64,000 nucleotides of DNA, from contig CAXXVL010000001.1 of assembly GCA_963667845.2 (NCBI GenBank), positions 128,001 through 192,000 on the forward strand. Reading direction: 5' to 3'. The notes below the pieces were generated by a model that saw only the letters and a list, made by a program, of their open reading frames with translations, was not told where the DNA came from and made no database searches. The first letter of the stretch is position 1, and every line of letters starts with the position of its first letter. This document shows positions 38,935 to 48,189 of the stretch, one piece after another. The position numbers and the translations under genes are program-made. The DNA is from Smithellaceae bacterium. Its GTDB lineage: Bacteria; Desulfobacterota; Syntrophia; Syntrophales; Smithellaceae.

Positions 38935-39010
38935 GCTTTGCCTAACGTCACAAGCCTCTGCCTCTTCCCGCATCGGGTTTCAACCTGTCTGGAAGTGAAT
39001 TGGATAACAG

Positions 39011-39056
39011 CGCCCCGCTGAAACTGCGGTCTATTCGAACGCCTGATCGAAGAGGG
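39011..39056. repeat. Family B repeat, right end only, plus conserved downstream flank
   Basis: CGCCCCGCTGAAACTGCGGTCTATTCGAA matches 36641-36669. Confidence 0.65.
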
Positions 39057-39093
39057 CACCTTTGACCCCTATTCGTCTGCGTCTTATGCTCTG

Positions 39094-39984
39094 TCATGCT
39101 TTTAGCGCCCGCGTTATTTTATCATCCTTTGTCTCCCACAGGGCATTCAACCAGCTGTTAAAGCGGTTTCTGTAATCCTGGTCATCCGGATCCTGCCCGC
39201 GAAGGTTTTGACCGATCGGCAATACATCTATCCTGACGATGATGCTGGATCTTCTGCTGCAAAAGAACTCCCAGGCAGTCTCCACTCCGCCGGGATAAAT
39301 GATGGTCACATCGATCACGTTTCGCATATTTTCACCCATCATGGAAAGAACATACGAGATGCCGCCCGACCGCGGTTTAAGAAGGTGACTGTAGGGAGAG
39401 TTCTGCGCCGCATGCTTTCTTTTTGTATAGCGGGTTCCTTCAATGAAGTTCATGATGGAAGCGGGCCTGTCCTTAAATTTCGCACATGCCTTCCTGGTGG
39501 CTTCAATATCCCTGCCCTTGAGATGAGGTTTCTTTTTCAGAAATTCGGCAGAGTACCGCTTCATGAAAGGATAATCGAGCGCCCACCAGGCGAGTCCCAG
39601 GATAGGTACCCAGATCAGTTCCTGCTTTAAAAAATACTTAAGAAACGGAATGCGGCCATGAAATATCTTTTGCAGAACGAAAATATCGACCATGGTCTGA
39701 TGGTTGGAAATGACGAGATACCACTCGTCCCGCTTTAATTTTTCAAGCCCCTCAACAGCATATTCAACATGCTTCATCATGCCGATAAAGGCATTGATGC
39801 AGTATATCCAGGAATAAGACAGAAAATTGAGGATGGTATCAAATAACATTCGCGCCGGCCGGAACGGAAGAATCAGCTTGAATACGGCCGTCACGTAGAC
39901 AGGAACAGCCCAGAATAAAGTATTGATCACCAGGAATGTAAGTCCGATTGCGCCACGCAGGAAGTCGAGCAGGGATTTCAGCAT
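39094..39984 (-). CDS. Lysophospholipid acyltransferase, YihG-like
   Basis: SNHQTMVD (HX4D), KYFLKQELIWVP, FIEGTR and LLKPRSGG motifs. Confidence 0.9.
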   Translation of the reverse strand: MLKSLLDFLRGAIGLTFLVINTLFWAVPVYVTAVFKLILPFRPARMLFDTILNFLSYSWIYCINAFIGMMKHVEYAVEGLEKLKRDEWYLVISNHQTMVDIFVLQKIFHGRIPFLKYFLKQELIWVPILGLAWWALDYPFMKRYSAEFLKKKPHLKGRDIEATRKACAKFKDRPASIMNFIEGTRYTKRKHAAQNSPYSHLLKPRSGGISYVLSMMGENMRNVIDVTIIYPGGVETAWEFFCSRRSSIIVRIDVLPIGQNLRGQDPDDQDYRNRFNSWLNALWETKDDKITRALKA

Positions 39985-40214
39985 CGTCAATTCTTCTTAA
40001 TTTTGTTTTTGCCTGACGCAGGCTAATATGCCATTTTTGGGGAAAAAAGCAAATGGCATAAATATCTATTCTTCAACATTGTCAGGTGTTAAATGGAAGT
40101 GATAATGATCGCGACGGCTCCAATCTTTTGCCTTCATTCCGCACTCAGATCATCCGCAGTTGTGCCGGGGCGTGACTGCCGCCTTTTAAAATTCTTGCAA
40201 ATGTCCCCTCGAAC

Positions 40215-40247
40215 AAGAAAGCCGCAACCCAGTATGGGCTGCGGCTT
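40215..40247 (-). terminator. Probable terminator downstream of the acyl-CoA ligase
   Basis: AAGCCGCAACCCA-gta-TGGGCTGCGGCTT with an A-rich plus-strand flank. Confidence 0.6.
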
Positions 40248-40275
40248 CTCTAAGTAAAGCGGCGGTCAATCCATT

Positions 40276-42069
40276 TTAATAAAGGGCCAGAAGCTGTTCT
40301 TTATATTTCGCGAGAACGTTGGTCCTTTTGAGTTTCATGGTCTGGGTGAGCATGCTGTTGACTACGGTGAAGTCCTCCGTAATGTAAAGAAACTTCTGCG
40401 GAACTTCATAGCCGCCGAATGACTTTCTCACGTGCTCAATGATTTTCTGAGACAGATAGTTCTTCAAATCTTTGCTTTGAAGCGTTTCTTCCGGGGTGTC
40501 TTTGACCCATCCTTTGGTCTCCGGATCGGATTTCAGTTCGGCAAAATCGGGGACAATCACCGCCACGTTGTAATCTCTCCCTTCGCCGTAGATCATGGCG
40601 TTGGCGACATGGCGCATGAGCTTGATTTCATTTTCGATGCTTTCCGGATGCACGTACTTGCCGTTGGCCAGTTTGTACTCGTCCTTAAAGCGGCCGGTGA
40701 TGTGCAGAAAACCTTCTTCGTCGAACCAGCCGCGGTCTCCGGTTCGAATGCCGGCAAAGCCGTTCCATTTATCCGGCAGCATGACCTCTTTGTTGAGCTG
40801 GGGTTTGTTGTAGTAACCCATCATGATTTGCGGCCCGTAAACGCAGATCTCGCCGTCGAGGCTGTCTTTCTCCACGCGGGATTTGTCGATCACAACATAC
40901 GTGTGCTTGATCGGCCTGCCCACGGTTCCCAACTTGTTGCCGAATTCGGTGCAGTTCATGGTAATGCCGCCCGAGGTTTCGGTCATGCCGTAACAATCGT
41001 AGGTCGGCTGCCCGATATCGTGGAAGAAGAGGGCGATTTCCGGTTTTAAGAGCGCGCTGGCGCTGACGATAAATTGCAGATTGCCTCCGAAAATGGCGCG
41101 GACCTTGGAAAACACCAGTGCATCATAATCTTTGAACTCTTTTGTTTTCTCCGGCAGATCCCTGTTTTTGGCCGCTACATCGAGCGCCGCGTCGAAAAAT
41201 TGTTTTTTCACGGGATCGGTATTCACGCCCTGCATGATGGCATCGTAAATCCTGGTGATAATCCGCGGAACGCCGTTGATGGCCGTGGGCTTTGATTCCT
41301 GAACATTCTGCATGAATTTGTCCAGCGATTCGATAAACGCAATGCCGCCTCCGCAGCAGGCATAATTGTGCAGGTCGCAGTTTTGTCCATAGACATGCGC
41401 CCAGGGCAGGATCGAGATCACCTGCGAGGTTTCGTCAAGCTCGAACGTGTCGATGCTGGAGCGGGCGGCCCAGGATGCATTTCCATGGGAGATCATGGCG
41501 CCTTTGGGATCGCCCGTCGTGCCGGATGTAAAAATGATGTGCGCCAGGTCCGACCAGTGCGGTTTGACGGAAGGAGCGGGATTCTTCCTGCCCATTTCCT
41601 CCAGGGCGGAAAGGCTGTTAACTCCTTCGCCGTAAACAACAAAGATCTCTTCGAGCGTGCTGATTTCCTGCTTGAAGTCTTTGACTTTTTCATAAACGCT
41701 CTCGTCGCGGACAAACAGGAATTTGAGCGCCGCGTCGGTGATGATGTATTTCCAGACTTTCTGGAGCTCCTGCAGATACATGGGAACGAATACCCCGCCC
41801 AGCCCATGGACAGCCTGCTCGCAGACGAACCACTCGACGCAATTGTTGATGATGATGCCGGCTTTGTCGCCTTTGGTAAAACCAAGTTTTTTCAAAGCGC
41901 CGCGGAGGCTGTCCACCCGCTCGGCAATCTGCCTGCGCGAAAGCCATTCATACTTTCCGGATTCCGCATTCTTGGTGCCCAGGAATCTGATGTCGGGAAA
42001 CTTGGTGACACTTTGCTCGAATAAATCGACCAGGTTGTTCGGGTAATCATAAACTGTATTCGGGTCCAT
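40276..42069 (-). CDS. Long-chain fatty acid-CoA ligase (FadD15/FAA1-like AMP-binding enzyme)
   Basis: IFTSGTTGDPKGA, YGMTET, RTGDRG and GRFKD..KL.NGKYV.P motifs; RBS GAGGAG before ATG 42069. Confidence 0.93.
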   Translation of the reverse strand: MDPNTVYDYPNNLVDLFEQSVTKFPDIRFLGTKNAESGKYEWLSRRQIAERVDSLRGALKKLGFTKGDKAGIIINNCVEWFVCEQAVHGLGGVFVPMYLQELQKVWKYIITDAALKFLFVRDESVYEKVKDFKQEISTLEEIFVVYGEGVNSLSALEEMGRKNPAPSVKPHWSDLAHIIFTSGTTGDPKGAMISHGNASWAARSSIDTFELDETSQVISILPWAHVYGQNCDLHNYACCGGGIAFIESLDKFMQNVQESKPTAINGVPRIITRIYDAIMQGVNTDPVKKQFFDAALDVAAKNRDLPEKTKEFKDYDALVFSKVRAIFGGNLQFIVSASALLKPEIALFFHDIGQPTYDCYGMTETSGGITMNCTEFGNKLGTVGRPIKHTYVVIDKSRVEKDSLDGEICVYGPQIMMGYYNKPQLNKEVMLPDKWNGFAGIRTGDRGWFDEEGFLHITGRFKDEYKLANGKYVHPESIENEIKLMRHVANAMIYGEGRDYNVAVIVPDFAELKSDPETKGWVKDTPEETLQSKDLKNYLSQKIIEHVRKSFGGYEVPQKFLYITEDFTVVNSMLTQTMKLKRTNVLAKYKEQLLALY

Positions 42070-42359
42070 ATTTATCTCCTCGAAATCTGTTAAGATGTAT
42101 GTCTTCCGCCTTTTTGGGGGAACCGGCATCCGCAAAAAGGCACTTGATCTACTTTGAAAATTTTGAACCTGATGAATCAGTCGCTGCTCAATTCCTTTGA
42201 CAAAAGCTTTATAAACGCTGGAAGAAAGGCAGTCAATTTGTTATGTTGGATTGTGAAAAATAATGAATTATGGATAAACCATCAACACAATATCGATCCA
42301 GATGATGTGCCGGCACTTACCGAAAAGAACTTCCGGATATGATGTAAGCTCTTTAAATT

Positions 42360-44615
42360 ATGGAGATAATTAATATGAAACAGACTGGTAAGGCAATGGC
42401 GGCGATATTATCGACATTCCCATCGGTAGAGTGTCTTACATCGTTTCATCAAATTAAGGATAATACACCGATCTGCGATTCATTTATCGATTTCGCCGTC
42501 CGAAACAGCGTCATTCAGACACCGGACATCGAAAGCCTTGAACAGTTCATCCGCACCCACACAGACAATACGTTTAAGTTCCAATTAACCGGCGAGAGCA
42601 GTTTCGAGGAGCTGTTAAATAAAAAGGAAGAAACGCTGAACCTGAATCTTTCGCTCAGAGCGCTGTGCAATCGGATCAATACCATTCTGACGACGCACCG
42701 GATTGCGCTGCCGCAGGTGACCCATTCGATGCTCATGCGGCTGAAAAAAGAACCTCTGGATACGGACTACAAGATGAACGTGCTCAGAAGCATCGCTTTC
42801 TGGCTGGGATATGAGCGGGCGGAAATCTCGCAGAAGTGGAACTTTGAAAGATTGATCAAGCTATTTCCCGCAAGCGGCGCCTCTCAAAAATCCGACGACC
42901 ACAATGAAGGCGTGCGCATCGGTTTTTCCCTGACCAGCCGCGGCGAAGTCATTGATCACGAAATCATCGGCTGGCTGAAGAAGAATATTAAAAGTTACAT
43001 CACCGAGGCGATCGGCCATTTTCTTTACGGCAAATGGGGCAAAATCAAGGCCTACGACATTACGACATTGTATATCGATTTCCCGAAGGAAAAGGAGGGC
43101 GGCAATCTTGTCCACTACATGGAATGCCTGAAGAGCGCGGTCGCGCTTGCGCACCAGATCGCCGTGCGCTGGCCCCTTTCCAAATATTACAGCAAGAACA
43201 GATTTCTCTCCATCGCCATCACGGCGGGAGAATACGGTGTCCTGGAAAACCACATGTTATCTCTTTTAAACACCAGCCTGCCGGATGACCCCATGATCCG
43301 CATATCGGATTTTGCGCGTCATGGTCTGCTTATTAACGACATCCACGTCATCCTTTGTCCGAAGTCTGTGGAAGCCAGATTATTCAACGGAGAATCTCTC
43401 CCGATCTGGTGGATCACATCCATCTGGACGACCCATTATTTCGATTTTGTCTCCGAGCTGCTCCACGATGACACTTTACAAAATTCCCCCGCTTCGATTG
43501 AAAAACTCGACCGGCTGCTCTGGCCCATGGGTAACGAAGACGCTGCGCGAGGCCATGCGGGCACCGAAAGCGCCATTGCCACTTTTTTCAAGTATCCGCA
43601 TAATTCCTTGCTGGGTGTGGAGATTGCCAAAACGCTCTACTATCGCAAACGTTGTTCGGAAGCGGCGGAAATCCTCCGAATTGTTTTGTCCATCAACCCA
43701 AAAGACCTGGTGGCCCGGACCTTGCGGATGATGCTGCTCCGAAACATGGCGCTCGACACGCCTTCTCACCGATCGGCGGCCGCTGTTTTTCGCCAGGCGA
43801 TCCAGGAAGCGGACAACATCCGGGAGCATTGTGATTTCCATACGGAGGATTTCTACTGCGAATACGCCATCGTCTATCTGGCCCAGGCCATGTCGACCGT
43901 CCGGTACGTGCGGACTCATCCGGAGGTGCAGGCCGATGGCAGAGAGTTTAAAAAAATGCAGCGCGCCGTCTATAAGGAATTGGATCAGGCCAAACAGCTT
44001 TTCGAAAAAGGGATGTCCGTGTCTTCTTCCGGGACCCGCTCATCTTTCTTGCTGAAAATTGCCGCTGTGCTGAAAACGATGCTGGAAGCGGATGCGGAAC
44101 TATTCGTCAATCCGGAAAAACCCATCACCGGCGGCGCCGATATTTTTCAACAGGAATCGATGGACGTGCAATGGCAAATCGGTTATCGCCGCAGTGAACT
44201 GCCCGCGAAGATTCAGGATGAACTGGTCGTCAAGATCACGATCCAGAAGGGCACCATTTACAACGCAGCCATTGCCTTGTTCAGCTATCGGCCGACAACC
44301 CTGTTTTGCAATGCCGTGGCCCTGTGGGATTTTCTGCCGGTTCATACGGTCCTGACGGCCAAAATGGTCAGGGAAAGAATAGAAAATGCCATCGACATTG
44401 CCAGGCGGGCCGAGAAAGAAAATGTCGGCATCTATGCCTTTAACCGCACTTACAGCGAAATAATTCCGGCGGGCGAATATATTGAGCATATGCAAAAGGC
44501 GCTGAAAGTCATTGACGAAGAAGTCGGCGGAGATCTGAGCGGCCGTGAAGATTCGGAAATCATCACGGCCCCCGCGCAAGGCCGGCCGCCGAAGCTGTTT
44601 ACGTTGAATTTTTGA
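42360..44615 (+). CDS. Uncharacterised 751-aa protein (possible HTH + degenerate class III cyclase-like + TPR)
   Basis: Long intact ORF; TPR-like AKTLYYR...AAEILRIVLSINPKD; domain assignments made by eye only. Confidence 0.6.
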   Translation: MEIINMKQTGKAMAAILSTFPSVECLTSFHQIKDNTPICDSFIDFAVRNSVIQTPDIESLEQFIRTHTDNTFKFQLTGESSFEELLNKKEETLNLNLSLRALCNRINTILTTHRIALPQVTHSMLMRLKKEPLDTDYKMNVLRSIAFWLGYERAEISQKWNFERLIKLFPASGASQKSDDHNEGVRIGFSLTSRGEVIDHEIIGWLKKNIKSYITEAIGHFLYGKWGKIKAYDITTLYIDFPKEKEGGNLVHYMECLKSAVALAHQIAVRWPLSKYYSKNRFLSIAITAGEYGVLENHMLSLLNTSLPDDPMIRISDFARHGLLINDIHVILCPKSVEARLFNGESLPIWWITSIWTTHYFDFVSELLHDDTLQNSPASIEKLDRLLWPMGNEDAARGHAGTESAIATFFKYPHNSLLGVEIAKTLYYRKRCSEAAEILRIVLSINPKDLVARTLRMMLLRNMALDTPSHRSAAAVFRQAIQEADNIREHCDFHTEDFYCEYAIVYLAQAMSTVRYVRTHPEVQADGREFKKMQRAVYKELDQAKQLFEKGMSVSSSGTRSSFLLKIAAVLKTMLEADAELFVNPEKPITGGADIFQQESMDVQWQIGYRRSELPAKIQDELVVKITIQKGTIYNAAIALFSYRPTTLFCNAVALWDFLPVHTVLTAKMVRERIENAIDIARRAEKENVGIYAFNRTYSEIIPAGEYIEHMQKALKVIDEEVGGDLSGREDSEIITAPAQGRPPKLFTLNF

Positions 44616-44729
44616 TCGGTTTATAAATTCTGAAAGAAGCAGTCAATGCAGATAGACGGTGAAAGGAATTGTTGAGGACAAATCATATCTGATTGAATGA
44701 AGGAGGATGGATATTTCGAGGCACGTCAC

Positions 44730-45458
44730 CGACGCCTCCAGAAGGTCTGTTGTCAAAATCAATCAAGAAGCATTGAAAATCCACCTTGTCAGAGGTTTTC
44801 AGGAACTCAAAACCCGCTTGGAAGAAAAAGAGAAACAAGGCAATGCCCAGGAGTCGAAATCCGGGACGGCGAATCGTAACCATATCTCCACCACCGGTCC
44901 GGATGTTTCTGTAACCAGTCAGGGAGCCGGTAAACCGAAGCTCCAATACAAAGCACACCGCAGTGTTGATGCCAAGTCGGAAATCATCACCCTACCGAGG
45001 TCACGCCTGGTGAAGTCAATGAAGCCCAGCTTCTTTCAACCTTTCTAGCCATACGCCAGGACAATACACAAAAGTCAGCTGCTACCATTGTCGCGGATAC
45101 GAAATACGGTAAAGTTGGAAAACTATCTGAACTGTTGCGATTCAGGCGTTAACGCGCATATACCCGACCTGAAAAGAAGCTAGCAGGAAAGAGAAAGCCG
45201 CCCTGGCATTTTTACCGAAGACGATTTCCAATACGATCCTGAAAGCGATATTTACCTGTCTCCTGCCGGCCATCATTTATAGAAAAGAAACTACAATCCA
45301 AAGCGGGATGCATACGAGTATAAGTGTTCGATCAGTGTGACGTGACTGCCAATGTATAACAGCGAAGTCTGGCAGATCTCTCAAACGGCATTGCCGCCAG
45401 GAAGATTTGAATAAAATGCGAAAAGCCGGACAATCGCAAATATCCGGAAAAGATCGAT
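44730..45458 (+). pseudogene. Degraded IS1182-family DDE transposase (boundaries approximate)
   Basis: Fragments across frames: ISTTGPDVS...GKPKLQYKAHRSVDAKSEIIT, ATIVADTKYG, NYLNCCDSGVNAHIPDLK and FTEDDFQYDPESDIYLSPAGH; several stops and frameshifts. Confidence 0.8.
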
Positions 45459-45465
45459 CAATTAC

Positions 45466-45532
45466 AAATCATAATGACATACATGAATACTCAAATTCCC
45501 ATAATGGAACATTCATATTCTCACAATGAGAC
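45466..45532 (+). promoter_or_regulatory. Three putative enhancer (UAS) sites for a sigma54 activator
   Basis: AAATCATAATGACAT (45466), TTCCCATAATGGAAC (45496) and TTCTCACAATGAGAC (45518); mirrored at 55147-55214. Confidence 0.7.
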
Positions 45533-45625
45533 GATGTACTGAAGTAATCATCTATTGCGGCTAACCATTACGTAATAAATCATTATATTCAAGTAATTAC
45601 AGATTCCCTTTATGACCTGCGCACT

Positions 45626-45641
45626 TGGCACTGTAAATGCA
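45626..45641 (+). promoter_or_regulatory. sigma54 promoter of the MFS gene
   Basis: TGGCACTGTAAATGCA. Confidence 0.8.
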
Positions 45642-46228
45642 ATAATCAGAAGTTGATGATTACAATCCTGCCAATATCAGCAGGATGTTGCAAAAACACC
45701 TGATTTTTACAGGTTCTTAAATCTCCAGATATACGGCTTTGTCGAAAGCCGGCGAAAGAAGCATGTACAGGGACGGATGTTGATTTAACCTCTCCAGTGC
45801 CCATCCGGAGAGGTTTGCGCTGCAACCCGGACGATCATTATTTTTAAAACGCTCGCCCGAAGTTCATTATTTAACAACACGGGGTCATGGTTCTGAATAG
45901 ATTCCCCCGCTCCGTTCCCACTGCTTCACTCCCTCCCGCAGCATTAGTTGTCGGAGAAATTTATGAAACAGCAAAGCACCGGGTCATGACTAAATATGCG
46001 CTGATTTGTCCGAGTGCAGGAAAGTCCATAATACGGGAAACGCATTAATCCGGCCGATCAGACGGATTCGCAGTTGCCACGGCATGTGGCTTATTATTCG
46101 GGAAAGGAGGTCTGGGGCATGTAGTATCGCAACGGGTCGTTTCGTTTTTTTATTTCATGTCATTAACCTGTAACATGGAAATAAAGCGGAAGGAATATTA
46201 ATAAGAATCATACTGAGGAGGGGTCTTT

Positions 46229-47491
46229 ATGGAAATTGCAAAAGCAGTAGAAGAGGTTAATGGTATTGAAGTTGTTGATCCGGCAATGCATACAGGGAAA
46301 GTTGCCAGCATAGCGTTTGCCGGATATACTTTCGACGCCGTTGATATGGTGATTACAGCCTTGGCCTTACCCTTGATCATGAAGGAATGGGGCTTGAATA
46401 TGATGCAGGCAGGTGCTGTTGTCACGGCCCTGTTGATCGGCGCCTGTTTCGGAGGATTTATTTTCGGGCCGATCGCCGATAAATTCGGCAGGAAAAAAGC
46501 ATTGATGTGGTGCATTGCCTTCTTTTCAATAACGACAGCTCTTGCCGGCCTGGCGCAGAATCACATCCAGTTGGCCGTCCTGAGGTTTGTAGCCGGGCTC
46601 GGGCTTGGCGCGGAATGGGCACTGGGAACCACAATGATCGCAGAATTCTTTTCAGCGGAAAAGAGAGGAAAAGCCAGCGCATGGATGATGATCGGCTGGC
46701 CCGCCGGTTACTTCATTGCTCTTGGCTTGCAAGCGGCATTAGTACCGCTCTTCGGATGGCGGGCTCTTTTCTTTGCCGGCACGACAGGTATGGTCCTAGC
46801 CGCTTATATTTGGTTGTATATTCCTGAATCCCCCGTCTGGCTCCGAGCCCAGGCAAAAAAGAAGCTGGGTTCTTCTACAGCAAACCCGGTTGCTGCGGTG
46901 AAACTGATGGACCTTTTCAAACCTGCCAACATTAAGATTACTTCGCTGACCACCACCATCTGTTTATGTGCACTGATGACTTACTGGGCGGTCAATACCT
47001 GGCTACCGACACTGCTGTTGCAGGAAAGAGGCTTGAAGCTGAAAGGGGTGATCCTTTATCTCGTCATGTTCAACATCGGCAATGTCATCGGATTTATCTT
47101 CGGAGGACGGATCGGCGATAAACTCGGCAAACGCAATGTCATGGTGGTCAGTGGCGTGCTTTCCGCAATCATGTTTTATGTCTGGCTGGGCATGACCACC
47201 GACATGACGCTGTTCTTATGGCTGGGAGTGCTTTATCACGCGGTCGGAGCTACTTTCTGGGCCACATTGCCTGCTTTTATTGCCGAACAGTTCCCGACCA
47301 ACATTCGTGCCTTTGGCACGTCCACCTCTTATTCCGCGGGACGTTTTGCTTCAACATTGATACCGATGGCCCTGGGCGCGGCGGCAATGAAATACGGACT
47401 TTCGGGTGCTATTGCCTTTATGGCCGTGTTCTATCTAATCGCGTCGGCTGCCACTTTTATGTTGCGGGACAGAGCGAATATTGAAGCCTAG
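46229..47491 (+). CDS. MFS organic-acid transporter (AAHS/SHS-like)
   Basis: GYTFDAVD, GPIADKFGRK, RFVAGLGLGAEW and AEQFPTNIRA motifs. Confidence 0.9.
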   Translation: MEIAKAVEEVNGIEVVDPAMHTGKVASIAFAGYTFDAVDMVITALALPLIMKEWGLNMMQAGAVVTALLIGACFGGFIFGPIADKFGRKKALMWCIAFFSITTALAGLAQNHIQLAVLRFVAGLGLGAEWALGTTMIAEFFSAEKRGKASAWMMIGWPAGYFIALGLQAALVPLFGWRALFFAGTTGMVLAAYIWLYIPESPVWLRAQAKKKLGSSTANPVAAVKLMDLFKPANIKITSLTTTICLCALMTYWAVNTWLPTLLLQERGLKLKGVILYLVMFNIGNVIGFIFGGRIGDKLGKRNVMVVSGVLSAIMFYVWLGMTTDMTLFLWLGVLYHAVGATFWATLPAFIAEQFPTNIRAFGTSTSYSAGRFASTLIPMALGAAAMKYGLSGAIAFMAVFYLIASAATFMLRDRANIEA

Positions 47492-47516
47492 TTTTTAAGC
47501 TGATTATCTACCCTCT

Positions 47517-47568
47517 GGCCGGTTTGATCTGAAGCGTGATTGTTTTCAGGTCAAACCGGCCTTTGTTT
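47517..47568 (+). terminator. Terminator hairpin
   Basis: GGCCGGTTTGATCTGAA...TTCAGGTCAAACCGGCC followed by TTTGTTT. Confidence 0.75.
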
Positions 47569-47814
47569 ATCTTCTAAAATGAGCGCTGAAAGCAAACGCT
47601 TCATGCAGGAAAGGACTGTCTCTGCCAAGTAAAGGAAAGGTAAACTGTGGATTAGTGATAGATTGATCGGAAGAAAAGCAAATGGATTTAGAACAGGCTA
47701 ATTTGAAATCGTCACCTGTCTGGTTCGAGTTTGGTGCTTGCCACAAATATGTGCAGCTGCCAGAACCTTTACATAAGGTCAGTGGCAGCCGCTTTTGATT
47801 ACCATGCCGGGCCT

Positions 47815-48072
47815 GGAATATTTCCAACGCGGTGGCCATGGAGACGCTGCCTCCGCCGCAGAGAGTAGCCAGGCCAAGCTTTTTCCCTTTCTGCTTCCAA
47901 GCAAAATGAGCATCCATTTACTTCAATAAAGATCAAGATCAGAAAGTTTCATTCCCGATTTTGGGGACGAAAGCCGGCGAAAGAGCGGAAAGTCTATCCA
48001 TTGTGAGACCGGGCATGAAATGTTCATCTTTGTCGAAAACAACAGGCGGTTTACTTTTTTCCGGAGAATCTC
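47815..48072 (-). pseudogene. Thiolase relic (two fragments with an internal deletion)
   Basis: SKPPVVFDKDEHFMPGLTMDRLSALSPAFVPKIG (about 48056-47954) and KQKGKKLGLATLCGGGSVSMATALEI (about 47897-47818). Confidence 0.8.
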
Positions 48073-48189
48073 CGATCTTCTATAACATTTGCTCCTTGCA
48101 TAATTTGTTTCAGAAAAACTTCCTCACCGTGCACATTGCCAGAAACCTGAAACAGCGGAAAGGTGAGGAAGTTCTTATAAGAGGACTAA

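Noticed and set aside
47567..47917. 116-aa minus-strand ORF as an intact gene
   Set aside because: Only about 27 residues are thiolase-like; treated as part of the pseudogene.
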